A stretch of DNA of 63,488 nucleotides, counting the filler, from Octopus bimaculoides (Eukaryota), in NCBI RefSeq assembly GCF_001194135.2. It is 5 parts of 4 records of this genome, joined end to end, with 100 filler letters (N's around TTAATTAATTAA, not from the genome) between each part and the next. Parts side by side here need not be neighbours in the genome. Positions count along the whole stretch, not along the records: positions 1 to 17,026 come from NC_068998.1; 4 more parts are not named here. One strand, 5' to 3'. Positions 1 to 13,136 of this stretch are shown here, one piece after another (position 1 is the stretch's first letter; every line of letters begins with the position of its first letter). The notes under the pieces are model-generated. The model did no database searches. It saw only the letters and a program-made list of their open reading frames with translations, and had not been told where the DNA came from. Both the position numbers and the translations under genes were made by a program.

Positions 1-11
1 TTATTATTATT

Positions 12-370
12 ATTACCTCCGCCTTAGCGAAGACGGAGGTATTGTTTTTCAGTCGTGTTTATTTGCTTGTTTGTCCGGGGAAAAGATATCTCAAGAACCG
101 TTGGATGAGCTCGGATGAAACTTTCAGGGTTGCTTGGCCACGTAACTGGCAAGAACTGATTAGATTTTGGGATCGATTCGGCACTGGATTATTTTTCCTA
201 ATTTTTAATTTAATTTTTGAGAGCGGTCGAGTCCATTTTTAGTTTTCTCATCTGTGAGAGCAGTCGAGTCTAGTTCAGATATTTTCATTTTAAAAATCAC
301 CTCTGGCTAATCATTGAGAGGACATTGGTGTTGCCTTGGCGGAGGTTTGCGCTCTCTAAGTACTCTTGTT
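12..370 (+). mobile_element. Non-autonomous Helentron-associated element (HINE / DINE-1-like)
   Basis: Subterminal inverted repeats ACCTCCGCC (15-23) and GGCGGAGGT (338-346). 5' mini-hairpin CCTCCG...CGGAGG (16-39), a TTTG-type simple repeat after the 5' end, and a short 3' hairpin ending in TT. Inserted in a (TTA)n run. This matches the established DINE-1/HINE architecture. Confidence 0.7.
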
Positions 371-1043
371 ATTATTATTATTATCATTATAATCATCATC
401 ATCGTCGTCGTCGTTGTCATCAATATTATTATTACTGTTACTTCTGAGAGAGACATTGAAATGCCTTCAGCGGATAACGAACACACCATTCGTTAGAGTT
501 CTGTACACCGAAAAATTACCAACGTACCCAATTAGTCTGAATGCACGTAGGTATTACACAAATGTGTACGTGTACATGTATATATGTGTATACATGTTTA
601 GGTATGTACGCATGAGTGTGTAAGTGTGTATGTGTGTGTACGTGTTTATGTGTATGTGGCTTTGAGTAACACAATCAGGAAAAGTCGTACACAAAACATA
701 AGTGTGTGCGTGTGTATGGGTGTGTATGCGTGTGTGTTATGTAAACATGCGTGCACATATTTACAACATACATATATACACACGCACATACACACACAAT
801 TAGAAATCAGTTGATTTAATACGTTTCTAGTCAGTTTCGCGGGCGGGCGTGTGTTCGTTTAAGAAATTCTGTATTCGGCCAGCTTAATTGCTTTGCTGTT
901 TTTAATTAAATTAGTCAACGTTGAATTTCATCCTGTTTTGATTCGCTAAAAACATGTACCAGTAATGTAATGGTGCCTATATTATCTTTTATTGATGTTA
1001 CCTACTTATATAATATATATAGTATATATATATATATATATAT

Positions 1044-1327
1044 AGTGATAGAAATGGTAAGACAACAAAAGAATGAATGTGACCTTGATATTATGTAAAT
1101 ATAGGAATTTATTTGTAAATATAATATGTGATAATTATTCGGTAGCCATGATAAAACTCTGAGTTTCGGATGTCGGGGCGGAAACCCACGCCGGCATCTC
1201 TTCAGTTATCGGGGCCATTAAAAAAAAAAAAAAAAGAAAAATGCCGGTGTAGGTTTCCGCCCCGACATCCGAAACTCGGAGTTTTATCATGACTACCGAA
1301 TAATTGTCACATATTATATTTACAGAT
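1044..1327. mobile_element. Penelope-like pseudo-LTR fragment in inverted (palindromic) arrangement, locus 1
   Basis: Arms 1111-1197 and 1241-1327 are inverted repeats (81/87 identical) around an A-rich spacer. The left arm extends a further ~65 bp to a (TA)n run. The same family occurs at 23236-23475. Confidence 0.75.
1143..1217 (-). ncRNA. Type I hammerhead ribozyme (PLE-type)
   Basis: The minus strand reads TGGCC-CC-GATAA CTGAAGA GATG...CATC C GAAA CTC-A-GAG TT TTATC-AT-GGCTA. This gives stem I GATAA/TTATC, core CUGAAGA, stem II GATG/CATC plus inner GGCG/CGCC, GAAA, a quasi-palindromic stem III and a GUU cleavage triplet. Confidence 0.75.
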
Positions 1328-1399
1328 ATGGCCACGGTTTCGTAGTCTCCGTTGTAGTTGTCCATGTCACGACTTGCAGCCTTTATAACGTTCACAGAG

Positions 1400-1664
1400 C
1401 ATTCAGCAGCGGTACACAGATGATGTTGTCATTTTAATACCCGGTGTAAATATTCGTGATACAGACAACGCTATTCCAATATTCAGATGGCTTCTAGTCC
1501 TCCATCTCAGATAACATTTTCTCAACAACAACTTTATTCTTTATGCTCTCCAACGCTATTGACTTTTCGCCAACACATCAAGCTGTTCCTGATAAATAAA
1601 AGACTTGAAAAAAATCGTCAAATTTAACCCGAACACCTCTTCTCTTTCTCTCTCGCTCTCTCTC

Positions 1665-1697
<33 letters not shown>

Positions 1698-1911
1698 NNN
1701 NNNNNNNNNNNNNNNNNNNNNNNNNNNNNNNNNNNNNNNNNNNNNNNNNNNNNNNNNNNNNNNNNNNNNNNNNNNNNNNNNNNNNNNNNNNNNNNNNNNN
1801 NNNNNNNNNNNNNNNNNNNNNTATATATATATATATATATATATGTCCCTATAAATAATATGTATTTATATACATATATTTATACACATATATATATGTA
1901 TACATATGTAG

Positions 1912-1951
<40 letters not shown>

Positions 1952-2330
1952 TTTATTACTTAATAACCAACACACAAACAGTTTAGGAAGCGTAGAATGT
2001 CTATAAAACATTTGATGGACATTCATCAAATTGGATTTGTTTTTTTTTCCGCCATGATGGAATTTGTCCAAAATGCTTCTCCTGATTTTCAAGATATTGA
2101 GCAGCACTTTGCTCTAGCAGGAAATACGTGTCGAAATGTGGCATGCTTCGATACTGTCCGAAAATCGTTGTTGGGTGTTGTGTAGGGAAGAAATCTGGTC
2201 AAAGGTTATTATTGAATATCATTAGACAAAATCGGAATACGTCGCATGACTTTCGGCTAATGCAAAAGGCAGGCGGCGTAATATATGATATACCGATTTC
2301 AGATGATAGATCAAGATGTGAGTGATATTT
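1400..2330 (-). pseudogene. Possible highly decayed Tc1-like transposase relic, split by microsatellites and a gap
   Basis: Minus-strand translation near 1450-1540 gives ED*KPSEYWNSVV, which resembles the Tc1 segment just before the first catalytic D. The rest is only suggestive. Confidence 0.25.
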
Positions 2331-2497
2331 CCATAGCAGCGTTCAATATGTGCGTGTGTATATATATGTCTTTGTATGTGTGCATCTGCATGTGTGTGTG
2401 TATGTGTGTGTATGTATGTATGTGTCTATGAGTCTGCGCATATGTGTGAATGTATGTATATGTATATATAGATATGTATATTATATGTATTTGCATA

Positions 2498-2542
<45 letters not shown>

Positions 2543-2669
2543 NNNNNNNNNNNNNNNNNNNNNNNNNNNNNNNNNNNNNNNNNNNNNNNNNNNNNNNNNN
2601 NNNNNNNNNNNNNNNNNNNNNNNNNNNNNNNNNNNNNNNNNNNNNNNNNNNNNNNNNNNNNNNNNNNNN

Positions 2670-2718
<49 letters not shown>

Positions 2719-2943
2719 AGGATGGATATATGGAGATATTGGGTGTCAAAATTATCCCTTAGATACTGCCAAGACAATTCCATTGGATTTCAGAAATCAA
2801 TCTTTTCGCTTTTGGCGTTAAGTTGCCATCTATTAAATTTTCTCTGTTAAACCCTTTATCAGCAACAGAACAGAATTACAGTGTTCTATTGTAGTTAGAG
2901 ATACGTGATACACGGACAGACACACATGCGCATGCATACATTC

Positions 2944-2977
<34 letters not shown>

Positions 2978-3114
2978 ACATACATATATATATATACATA
3001 CATGCATACTTACATAAGCCCATGTACGTATGTATTTACGTATATATGTATATATGTGTGTATATATTATAATAATAATAATAAAAATAATACTATTACT
3101 ACTACTACTACTAC

Positions 3115-3170
<56 letters not shown>

Positions 3171-3280
3171 GAGGTGGCTCTACGCAATATAAAACCGAAA
3201 AAGGGAATATATATATACGTTGTATGTACGCCTGGTGAGAGCATTTCTGTGTGTGTCTCTGTGTGTTTTAGATAGTGTTT

Positions 3281-3324
<44 letters not shown>

Positions 3325-3327
3325 ATG

Positions 3328-3368
<41 letters not shown>

Positions 3369-3496
3369 GTATACACACATATGTATACACACATATGTAT
3401 ACACACTTTGCGTGCGCAAAGAATTGTATAAGTATATAGTTATATATTTCTTTGTATACAGACGTATATATCAATATATATGTGTATGTGTATGAA

Positions 3497-3563
<67 letters not shown>

Positions 3564-3781
3564 ATCCATCTATCTATCTGTCTGTCTATCTGTCTTCCTG
3601 TCTATCTATCTAGCTAGCTAGCAATCTTCATAAGTACCTAATTATTTATCTATCTACCTATCTTTCTACCTATTGATCTATCTATCTATTTTTTCTCTAT
3701 CTATATACGTTTGTGTGTGTGTGTTTGTATATATGTATACATGTATGTATGCATGTATATATACTCATATATGTATACATA

Positions 3782-3829
<48 letters not shown>

Positions 3830-3914
3830 CACACATATACATATACATATAGAGATACACTCAAACACAAATTTGTGTACGTGTGTGCGTNNNNNNNNNN
3901 NNNNNNNNNNNNNN

Positions 3915-3987
<73 letters not shown>

Positions 3988-4201
3988 GTATGCAGAGATG
4001 CAAACAAATATTTAATAGTGCTTTGCAAATGGCTTCTGAATTATAAGCGGAGACGTAACCTTTAGCGATGTAACTTAGTGAATAAGAGAAACTATTTTGA
4101 GGATCTTCTGTCTTGGACTAAGGTTTGTCTTTAGTTGTTAGTTGTACGGCGGCCGCACCCGTGACGCTTCGAAAGATCGTGTGTACTAACGAATAAACTT
4201 G

Positions 4202-4232
<31 letters not shown>

Positions 4233-4459
4233 GATGATTATGTACATATGCATCCATATATAGATAGATAGATATATATGCAAGTACACACATACACGCA
4301 CACACACACACTCAGAACAATGTAAATATGTACGTGCGTGTGTGTCCGTGTATTTCTCTGTGTGTGTATGTGGATGATTAGTTGCATATGCATCCACAGA
4401 TATATATAGATAGATATATATACATGTACACATACACAAACACACTCAGAACACATGTA

Positions 4460-4502
<43 letters not shown>

Positions 4503-4712
4503 ATTTGTGTGGGGGGTGGGGGGTTGTGAGCGTGTGTGTGTGTGTGTGTTTACGTATGTATGCATATATCTATATATCATATCATTACCATTAGTTCCTC
4601 TGTTTAGAATATTTCTAGATAAACTGTATCTTTACCTCTTTGCAGCCACGATATCTAACTTCGTCAACCCATGTCTTGTTAAACGGTGAGTCAGTATTGT
4701 CTGCCTGAGTGC

Positions 4713-4915
4713 ATACTCTTTGCTCTTTTACATGTTTTAATCATTTGACTGCGGTCATGTTGGAGCAACGCCTTTAGTCGAGAAAATCGACCCCAGGACT
4801 TATTCTTTGTAAGCCTAGTACTTATTCTATCAGTTCTTTTGCCGAACCGCTAAGTTACGGGGACGTAAACTCACCAGCATCGGTTGTCAAGCGATGTCAG
4901 GGGGAAAACACAGAC
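4713..4915 (-). mobile_element. tRNA-derived CORE-type SINE (family A), 3' half
   Basis: Reverse complement of the 3' half of the full copy at 12587-13011 (…AAGTCCTGGGGTCGAT…AAAGGCG…GCAGTCAAATGA…). The remainder is probably lost in the adjacent N gap. Confidence 0.85.
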
Positions 4916-5843
4916 ACACACACACACACACGCACACACACACACACATATATANNNNNNNNNNNNNNNNNNNNNNNNNNNNNNNNNNNNNNNNNNNNNN
5001 NNNNNNNNNNNNNNNNNNNNNNNNNNNNNNNNNNNNNNNNNNNNNNNNNNNNNNNNNNNNNNNNNNNNNNNNNNNNNNNNNNNNNNNNNNNNNNNNNNNN
5101 NNNNNNNNNNNNNNNNNNNNNNNNNNNNNNNNNNNNNNNNNNNNNNNNNNNNNNNNNNNNNNNNNNNNNNNNNNNNNNNNNNNNNNNNNNNNNNNNNNNN
5201 NNNNNNNNNNNNNNNNNNNNNNNNNNNNNNNNNNNNNNNNNNNNNNNNNNNNNNNNNNNNNNNNNNNNNNNNNNNNNNNNNNNNNNNNNNNNNNNNNNNN
5301 NNNNNNNNNNNNNNNNNNNNNNNNNNNNNNNNNNNNNNNNNNNNNNNNNNNNNNNNNNNNNNNNNNNNNNNNNNNNNNNNNNNNNNNNNNNNNNNNNNNN
5401 NNNNNNNNNNNNNNNNNNNNNNNNNNNNNNNNNNNNNNNNNNNNNNNNNNNNNNNNNNNNNNNNNNNNNNNNNNNNNNNNNNNNNNNNNNNNNNNNNNNN
5501 NNNNNNNNNNNNNNNNNNNNNNNNNNNNNNNNNNNNNNNNNNNNNNNNNNNNNNNNNNNNNNNNNNNNNNNNNNNNNNNNNNNNNNNNNNNNNNNNNNNN
5601 NNNNNNNNNNNNNNNNNNNNNNNNNNNNNNNNNNNNNNNNNNNNNNNNNNNNNNNNNNNNNNNNNNNNNNNNTAAGAAACCATAAGAAAATTATGTGTTT
5701 GCTTTAAAACTTGAGATCACATAGACAGTATTTTACGTAGGATATGGGCAGTTCCCATGAGCACTATCGTTTGAACTTCAGCCATTTTGGGGTTTCCTGG
5801 TATCTGAGCTAGGTAGTAATCAGCCCGTTTCGCTATCATTCCC

Positions 5844-5889
<46 letters not shown>

Positions 5890-6469
5890 TACTTTTAATC
5901 TGCATGTTTCCTTCAGTTACTCATCGAGACACACCCAGCATCCTAGGGCGAGTGAAGGATAAGAGATGTTTCAGTATGACTGAAAGCTTCGGGGTGAGGG
6001 AGTGGTAGCGGCAGTAGTGAAATATCTTCACTAAAAAGATTCAGATCATGGTTAATTTTTCCCTTACTCTTTTTGAACTGATACCCTGTCTTTGCCTTCC
6101 TGAATACTAAACTGAGGCGGATCAAACATAAGACAAATATTAAAGAGGACAACGAGTCCCTCTGGAAAATTTCTCTTTTGATATTAACTTTTCTCTAGAG
6201 TATGTCACCTGAGTAGAGATTCTAAGTTCAACGCTTTTTTTTTCTTCATCACGCACACAAATATACCCTATGAACTTTGCACAGGTAAAACAATTCTTTT
6301 TCATTGATGGCGGTGAAAACTAATAATCTGACCAACATGTAAAATATATGTGCAAGCCACAGAAACTGAGAGCTTGAATAAAAACGAAGTTACTTTAACG
6401 ACTCGGACAGCTGTTTACCTTCCGCCGTTTATTGTTTTTGTCGCTATTATTGTTGTTGTTGTTGTTCTT

Positions 6470-6546
<77 letters not shown>

Positions 6547-6550
<4 letters not shown>

Positions 6551-6639
6551 TAGTTTTATTTTTATAACGTGCTTTCACTTCACAACCGTGTGCCTTGGGT
6601 ATGTGCTGTGGTTTGCTGTGATGCTCTTGTGGTTACTAC

Positions 6640-6640
<1 letters not shown>
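6547..6640 (-). mobile_element. 3' end fragment of an R4/Dong-like LINE in a (TAA)n run
   Basis: Same sequence (TTCAGTAGTTTTATTTTTATAACGTGCTTTCACTTCAC…) as the longer copies at 62438-62630 and 62807-62999. Flanked on both sides by (TTA)n. Confidence 0.75.
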
Positions 6641-6705
<65 letters not shown>

Positions 6706-7653
6706 GGTGGTGAGCTGGCAGAATCGTTAGCTCGCTTGTAATCGACTCATCCCGTCCCCCTAAATTGCTGCCCTTGTGGCAAAATTTGCAACCATTATCA
6801 TCATCATCATCATCATTATTGTTGTTGTTGTTGTCGTTGTCTAAATAAATGACAGATGATTTGATTTCAGAAACAAGAATTGAGAGAGGAATAAAGAAAA
6901 ATTATATTAGAGAAAGTTGGACAAGAAATTTCAGTTAATTTTATAGTTAATGTAACATGTTTTATTTTCTCGTGTTTATATTCATCTTTTTTTTTATATA
7001 TTTTTCCGCTTGTTTTTTTTCTATGTTTTTCTCTATTTTAATAAAATACATTAAAAATTTCATTTTTTTTTTGTTTGTTTTGTTTGTTGTTTCATGTTTT
7101 CATTTTTGTTCCTTTATCATCTTAACCGTTTTTTTTTTAATTTTGATGCTGTTGTTTATTTTTTGTCCTATTCATTTATTCATTTTTTTTTCTCCCCCAA
7201 AAAAATATTTTTATAGCGTGATTAAAAAGTTGTAAAGAACGGAAGATGAAAAAAAAAAAAAGAAAATGGAGACCAACAACAGATACAATAAATAAAGAAA
7301 GAATAATCGCCAAGTTATGATAGCGACTTAATATCAATTTGAAGCAACATTGAAAAGATAGAAGAGTTATTTCCATTTAGTTGTTATCATTACTTGTTGT
7401 TATCGCTGTTGTTATTGTTAGCGTTATTGCTATTATTATTATTATTATTATTATTATTGTTATTATTATTATTTTTAACTTATCGATTTTTCTTACGTCG
7501 TTGTAGTTTATGCAAATGTGCATTTCAATATGCATTAGATATTCTTAACAACCATGTTTTTTTATATATGCCATATGTGTATGTTCCTGTGTAAATGAGT
7601 GTATGTACACATATATAGATGTGTATATACGTATATATGTATGTCTGTGTATG

Positions 7654-7719
<66 letters not shown>

Positions 7720-8139
7720 CATACAGAGTAAATTGTGTTTCACTATAAAAATATGCGTGCTCAATACACGGAGTAAAGTGGAATATTTATTGTAGTAGAT
7801 TACTTATTGTTGATGTAACAGTCCATCACTTAAAGTGTGGCATCCACTGCAAAAACTTTGCGCATAGGAATCACCAAACAAATTTGAAAATGATAAGTCT
7901 TCGACTCATGTAATACAGTTTTCTAAAGTCAACCTCCGGTTACACATGCACGTAAAACGTATAATAGAAAAAGGCGTAATATTTGGTATCTATGAAATCA
8001 GTTTTATTTTAGCTGTTTATGTTTACAATTTTCTTAATGCTTTATATTGTCTGACAATACACGTATGTGTATTTGTTTGCATTCATATATTCATTATACT
8101 TATCGGCGTAGTGAATTCACTTTTAGTCATGCGATCTTG

Positions 8140-8650
8140 TAGTTCTCGGCTTTGTGGTAGATATTTTCTGAAATGTCTGCATTTATTGACAAGCTTGTAT
8201 CTGACTTTTAAATAGACTTCTTGATCTTTGAGATTACTTTGGAGTAAATTCTTTTCTGAGTTCTATAATCTAAGCTTTATGCTATAAAATACTTATATCT
8301 TTGAAAAGTTTTCCCAGCGGTTGTCAAATTTAATTCCATTTCGGTTTTTGTTTTTTAAATTTCTAAATATAGTTCGATTGCTTGTTGACATACATCTTCA
8401 CTATATTTCTAAAAGTGTGATTGAAATAGTAGTATTTGGATTTGATTTACTTTCCACCGTTATGGCATAATATTTATTAACAGTATCTAGGTTTCGTTTC
8501 ATGGAGATGACCTCGACCTCGTAGATAATTGCTTCACCATTGCAGGACTGATAGAGAGAGCATAAATATTTGCTTTTGCAGGAGTAATTTAATCCTGGTG
8601 GTTTTGTTGGATTTATTGTAATTATATTTTCATGTTTGATGAGCAATTTT
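8140..8650 (-). pseudogene. Decayed Penelope-like GIY-YIG endonuclease region
   Basis: Minus-strand YSCKSKYLCSLYQSCNGEAIIYEVEV resembles the PLE CxC-x-C-x-C…IIY linker and GIY region. A downstream frame gives YKLVNKCRHFRKY, resembling the C-terminal KCRH motif of PLE endonucleases. Stops and frameshifts are present. Confidence 0.55.
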
Positions 8651-8894
8651 AATTTAATCTCAAATTGTTTCTATTAAATAATTTCCTATAACGTTGGTTA
8701 ATCAGGAAATGCATATTAATTAGCCTAAGAAATGATTGGTTATGTTAGAATTGACGTTTAACGAGAATAAGGGATGGAACCAAATGATTTTCCGTCGTTG
8801 TTTTCCGTTATTGGATAGCAGGGGATTAGGAACGTAATGGGTTTTTATCTTTATTTCAGCAACTCAACAGAAGAAAGGGATAATCATTTAAATG

Positions 8895-9360
8895 CTACCA
8901 TGGATAGCAATTAATATTTTGCGATATGTAGCCATTCGACTGTTACCTTAGATAGCAATTAAAATGTTGCAATTGATAACCATTAAAACGTTATGATGGA
9001 TAGTGATTACAATGTTACAATTGATAGTCATTAGAATGTTACGTTGCATAGCAATTAAAATATTACAATAGATGGTCATTAGACTGCTACGATGGATTGC
9101 CATTAAAATGCTACAATAGATGGTGATTAGAATGTTACAAGGGATTGCCATTAAAATTTAAAATGCATTTATTGATAGACATTAAAATGTTACGATGGAT
9201 TGCCATTAAAATGCTACGATAGCCATTACAATGCTAAAATTGGAAGACATTAACATGTTACGATGGATTGCCATTAAAATGTTACAATAGATGGAGATTA
9301 GAATGTTACGATGGATTGCCATTAAAATGCTACGATAGCCATTACAATGCTAAAATTTGG
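8895..9360. repeat. 24-bp minisatellite (approx. GATGGATTGCCATTAAAATGTTAC) with higher-order repeat
   Basis: Many degenerate tandem 24-mers, seen as an 8-aa periodicity in ORF 8948-9151. A ~55-bp block recurs at about 9187-9240 and 9303-9357. Confidence 0.85.
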
Positions 9361-10253
9361 TAATCAATAATCCTACATTTATTAATCAAATTATCATTAA
9401 TTATTTCAAATATTAATTTTTTTTTTTAACCCAATTTCAAATCTTTAGCTACGACACTCACGGATCCCACTAATGTTTGGAAAGGGCCACAGTGTTTGAC
9501 ATGCCCGCTCTAAATAACTTTTCCCCGAATAATAAGCGCTACTGAAACTGAGGTGCTTCAAATATGCCCGCACGTCTTACAAGCTATCAACACGATACAA
9601 CCCGTTGGAGCCATTTTAAAACACAAATACATACATACACAGTAACTGGTGCCTTCGTCATTTTACGTAAGTCTTCAATGTTGTGTTCCGTGTCATGTCG
9701 TCGTCGTCTTCGTCGTTGTCGTCTGCTTTGTCGCCTTCGTCGGCCACCGTCACTGCAATCGTTAGTTATATCTTCTTCAAATGGAGAAGAGTCATGTGCA
9801 GCTCTTCACTTGTGTTACATTCAACTTCTTTAGTCCTTTTCAATAGTTAATCATATTAAAAGTACTTTTCATCGTTGGCGAAGAGAGAAAGAAAAAAAGC
9901 ACATAAAACAAAAAAAAATACATATTACCTTTTTATACAAGATAAGATACTCCATGCACTTCCTCCCATTGCTTGAGTGTTTCGCGGCGTTAAATAAAAG
10001 GAAAAAACTGAAAACATTGGTCTCGGAAAAAAAAAAGACATAATTTTCTCTGAGACATTTCATACGGTTACATTTCTGGAAATGTATGTAAATTTTTACA
10101 CCTTCCTTTTGAAGTTGGTTCCTTTTATATATATGTATATATATATATATATATTTACAAATATTTTTTCTTTCTTTTTTTATCTGTTTCTTTTCTTGAT
10201 TTTTCTCCTCAATATTTCTATCATTCCTTCTTTTCCACCTCTCTCTCTATCTC

Positions 10254-10305
<52 letters not shown>

Positions 10306-10496
10306 CACACATAATCACACATACACATCCTCTCTTTCTCTCACTCTCTCTCTGTATATATACATATAAGTGTGAGTGTGTGTGTATATATATATATGTG
10401 TGTGTGTGTAATATATACATATATATGTGTGTGTATATATATATATATTTCTCTCGTTCTTTTTTCTCTCTCACTCACTCTTTCCCTCTCTCTCCG

Positions 10497-10566
<70 letters not shown>

Positions 10567-11077
10567 TCTCTCTCTCTACCGTTCTATTAGTCGTACTTCA
10601 CTTGCGACATATTGGAAAAATTATTGTCTTTTCTTTCTTCTTTATTGTATTTTCTTTTTTTACCTTGTTTTCGTATTATTTTTTGTCGTGCTTTGTTTTT
10701 CTACTTATTTTGTTTATGTTTTGCTTTGTTTGTTTTCCATTGAAGCAATTGTTCGGCTCAATAATTTTTGCTTCACTGTTAAATCTCCAGACCGGATAAT
10801 GCAGCAGAATAGGTGTAAATATCTTCTTATCAAAAGCGACTGAAATCAATGGCATTCCTATTGATTCGCTATGATTCGTTTCGATACATCGACCATTGCG
10901 TATTTAGCTCGTAGATATGACGCCGAATAATTATTGATTTCCTTTGCCTTGTCACAAGACAAGATCCCCTCCATTTTTTTTTTTTTCTAAGAAATAGGGT
11001 GTTAATTATTATTGTTGCTCCTGCAATTGTTATTATCATTATTGCTATTGTTAATTTCATTATTATAAATCATTATC

Positions 11078-11477
11078 AAGATGGCTAACTGACAGAATCC
11101 TTTCCACATCGGACACACACCTTAACGGCATTTCGATCTTCTTTAGATTCTGAGTTCGAATTCTGTCGAAGTCGACTTTGCCCCTTCATCCTTTTCGTAA
11201 CCGACAAAATAAGTACCAGTTACGCACTGGGGTCGATATAATCGACTTTAGCCCTACCGAGAAACTGCTGGCCTTGTGCCAAAATGTGAAACTATTATTA
11301 AGGCAGCAAGATTGCAGAATCGTTGGCGCGCCGAACAAAACGCTTAGCGGCATTTCATCCGTCTTTACATTCTGAGTTCAAATTTCGCCAAGATCGACTT
11401 TCGGGGATCGATACAATAAGTACCAGTGTAGCCCCCTGCCTTCAAAAACCTCTGGCCTAGTACCAAAATTTGAAACT

Positions 11478-11567
<90 letters not shown>

Positions 11568-11676
11568 ATTAATAATAATAATATAGAAAGGATTGAGGTA
11601 ACTCCTTGGTTGAAGATACAAAAGATGTCGAAGTAACGTTCACTAGATAAAAATGGCACTCTTCTTTTAATTTTGA

Positions 11677-11742
<66 letters not shown>

Positions 11743-11768
11743 CATCATCATCATCATTATCATCATCA

Positions 11769-11802
<34 letters not shown>

Positions 11803-12240
11803 TAAGACAGCGAACTGATGAACCGTTCGTTAATGCACCGGACAAAACACTAATCGGCATTTATTCCGCAACTCTTTACGTCCAAATTTCACATCTCGCC
11901 AGGGTCAGCTTTTTCCCTAACTTCTTCTCTGGATCGATATAACGAGTAGCAGTTGAGTAATGGGTCGAACTAATCGATGGGCCCCTTCCCGAAACTTTCA
12001 GGTCTTGTGCCACAGTTTTAAACATGGCGGTGAGCTAGTAGAACCGTTAGTGCGTCGGACAAAATTCTTAGTCGCATTTCTTTCGGCTTTCTACTTTTTG
12101 GATTCACATCCTGCCGTGGTCAACTTTGCCTTTCTTCATTTCGAGATTGATGAAATAACGATCCAGCCAAGCACTAGGGTCGGCATTATCGACTAACCCC
12201 TTCCTCCAAATATCAAGTCTTCGTCCTGTACAGAAATTCC
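11078..12240 (+). mobile_element. Cluster of four degenerate tRNA-derived Meta/MESC-type SINEs (family B) interleaved with (TTA)n/(TCA)n
   Basis: Four copies start near 11078, 11300, 11805 and 12025. Each has a tRNA-like head (…GCAGAATCGTTAGC…TTCTGAGTTCAAAT) and a GTCGACTTTGCC..TCATCCTTT..GTCGATAA..AGTACCAG-like core, which resembles the MetaSINE domain. Confidence 0.8.
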
Positions 12241-12370
12241 TCGACTATCGCGAGCGTTACGTTCCAAAACCTCCCACTGAAATAGTTGAAATCTAAAAGA
12301 AAATATAAATACCTATCAGCTGGAGAGACACGCCATAAACAGAGGAGTCCGCGGTATAAATTCACATATA

Positions 12371-12580
12371 TAGGGTGTCCACGAGGTCTGGGTACATGGA
12401 GAGAATAAAATCATAACATAACCAATTAAATATAAGAACTAATAATTTCTTAAAGTATGTGTTAATCTCCATATGGGTACATGGAGTAAATATAATCATA
12501 CCAAACAATTAAATATAAGAAATAATAATTTCTTAAAGTATGTGTTACACCCCATGCACCCAGACTTTGTTGACACCCTG
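12371..12580. mobile_element. Tc1/mariner-type MITE with internal tandem duplication
   Basis: Terminal inverted repeats (T)AGGGTGTCCACGAGGTCTGGGTACATGG and CCATGCACCCAGACTTTGTTGACACCCTG, with TA on both flanks. An ~85-bp internal unit occurs twice (about 12390-12465 and 12475-12548). Confidence 0.8.
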
Positions 12581-12586
12581 TATATA

Positions 12587-13011
12587 GGCGTAGGAGTGGC
12601 TGTGTGGTAAGTAGCTTGCTTACCAACCACATGGTTACGGGTTCATTCCCGCTGCGTGGCACCTTGGGCAAGTGTCTTCTACTATGGCCACGGGCCGACC
12701 AAATCCTTGTGAGTGGATTTGGTAGACGGAAACTGAAAGAAGCCCGTCGTATATATGTATATATAAATGTGCGTATGTGTGTGTGTGTGTGTATGTTTGT
12801 GTGTGCGTGTTTGTCCCCCCCCCCCAACATCGCTTGACAACCGATGCTGGTGTGTTTACGTCCCCGTAACTTAGCGGTTCGGCAAAATAGACCGATAGAA
12901 TAAGTACTAGGCTTACAAAGAATAAGTCCTGGGGTCGATTTGTTCGACTAAAAGGCGGTGCTCCAGCATGGCCCCAGTCAAATGGCTGAAACAAGTAAAT
13001 GTGTAAAGAGT
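12587..13011 (+). mobile_element. Full-length tRNA-derived CORE-type SINE (family A; octopus OR-like)
   Basis: A box (TGGCTGTGTGG) and B box (GGTTCATTCC), CORE-like ACCTTGGGCAAGT, a central (TA/TG)n tract, and 3' stem-loops GTCGA-N5-TCGAC and CAGTCAAATGGCTG. Confidence 0.9.
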
Positions 13012-13065
13012 ATGCACTCACGCAGATATGTTGGTATGTATATATATATATATATATATATATCC

Positions 13066-13136
<71 letters not shown>

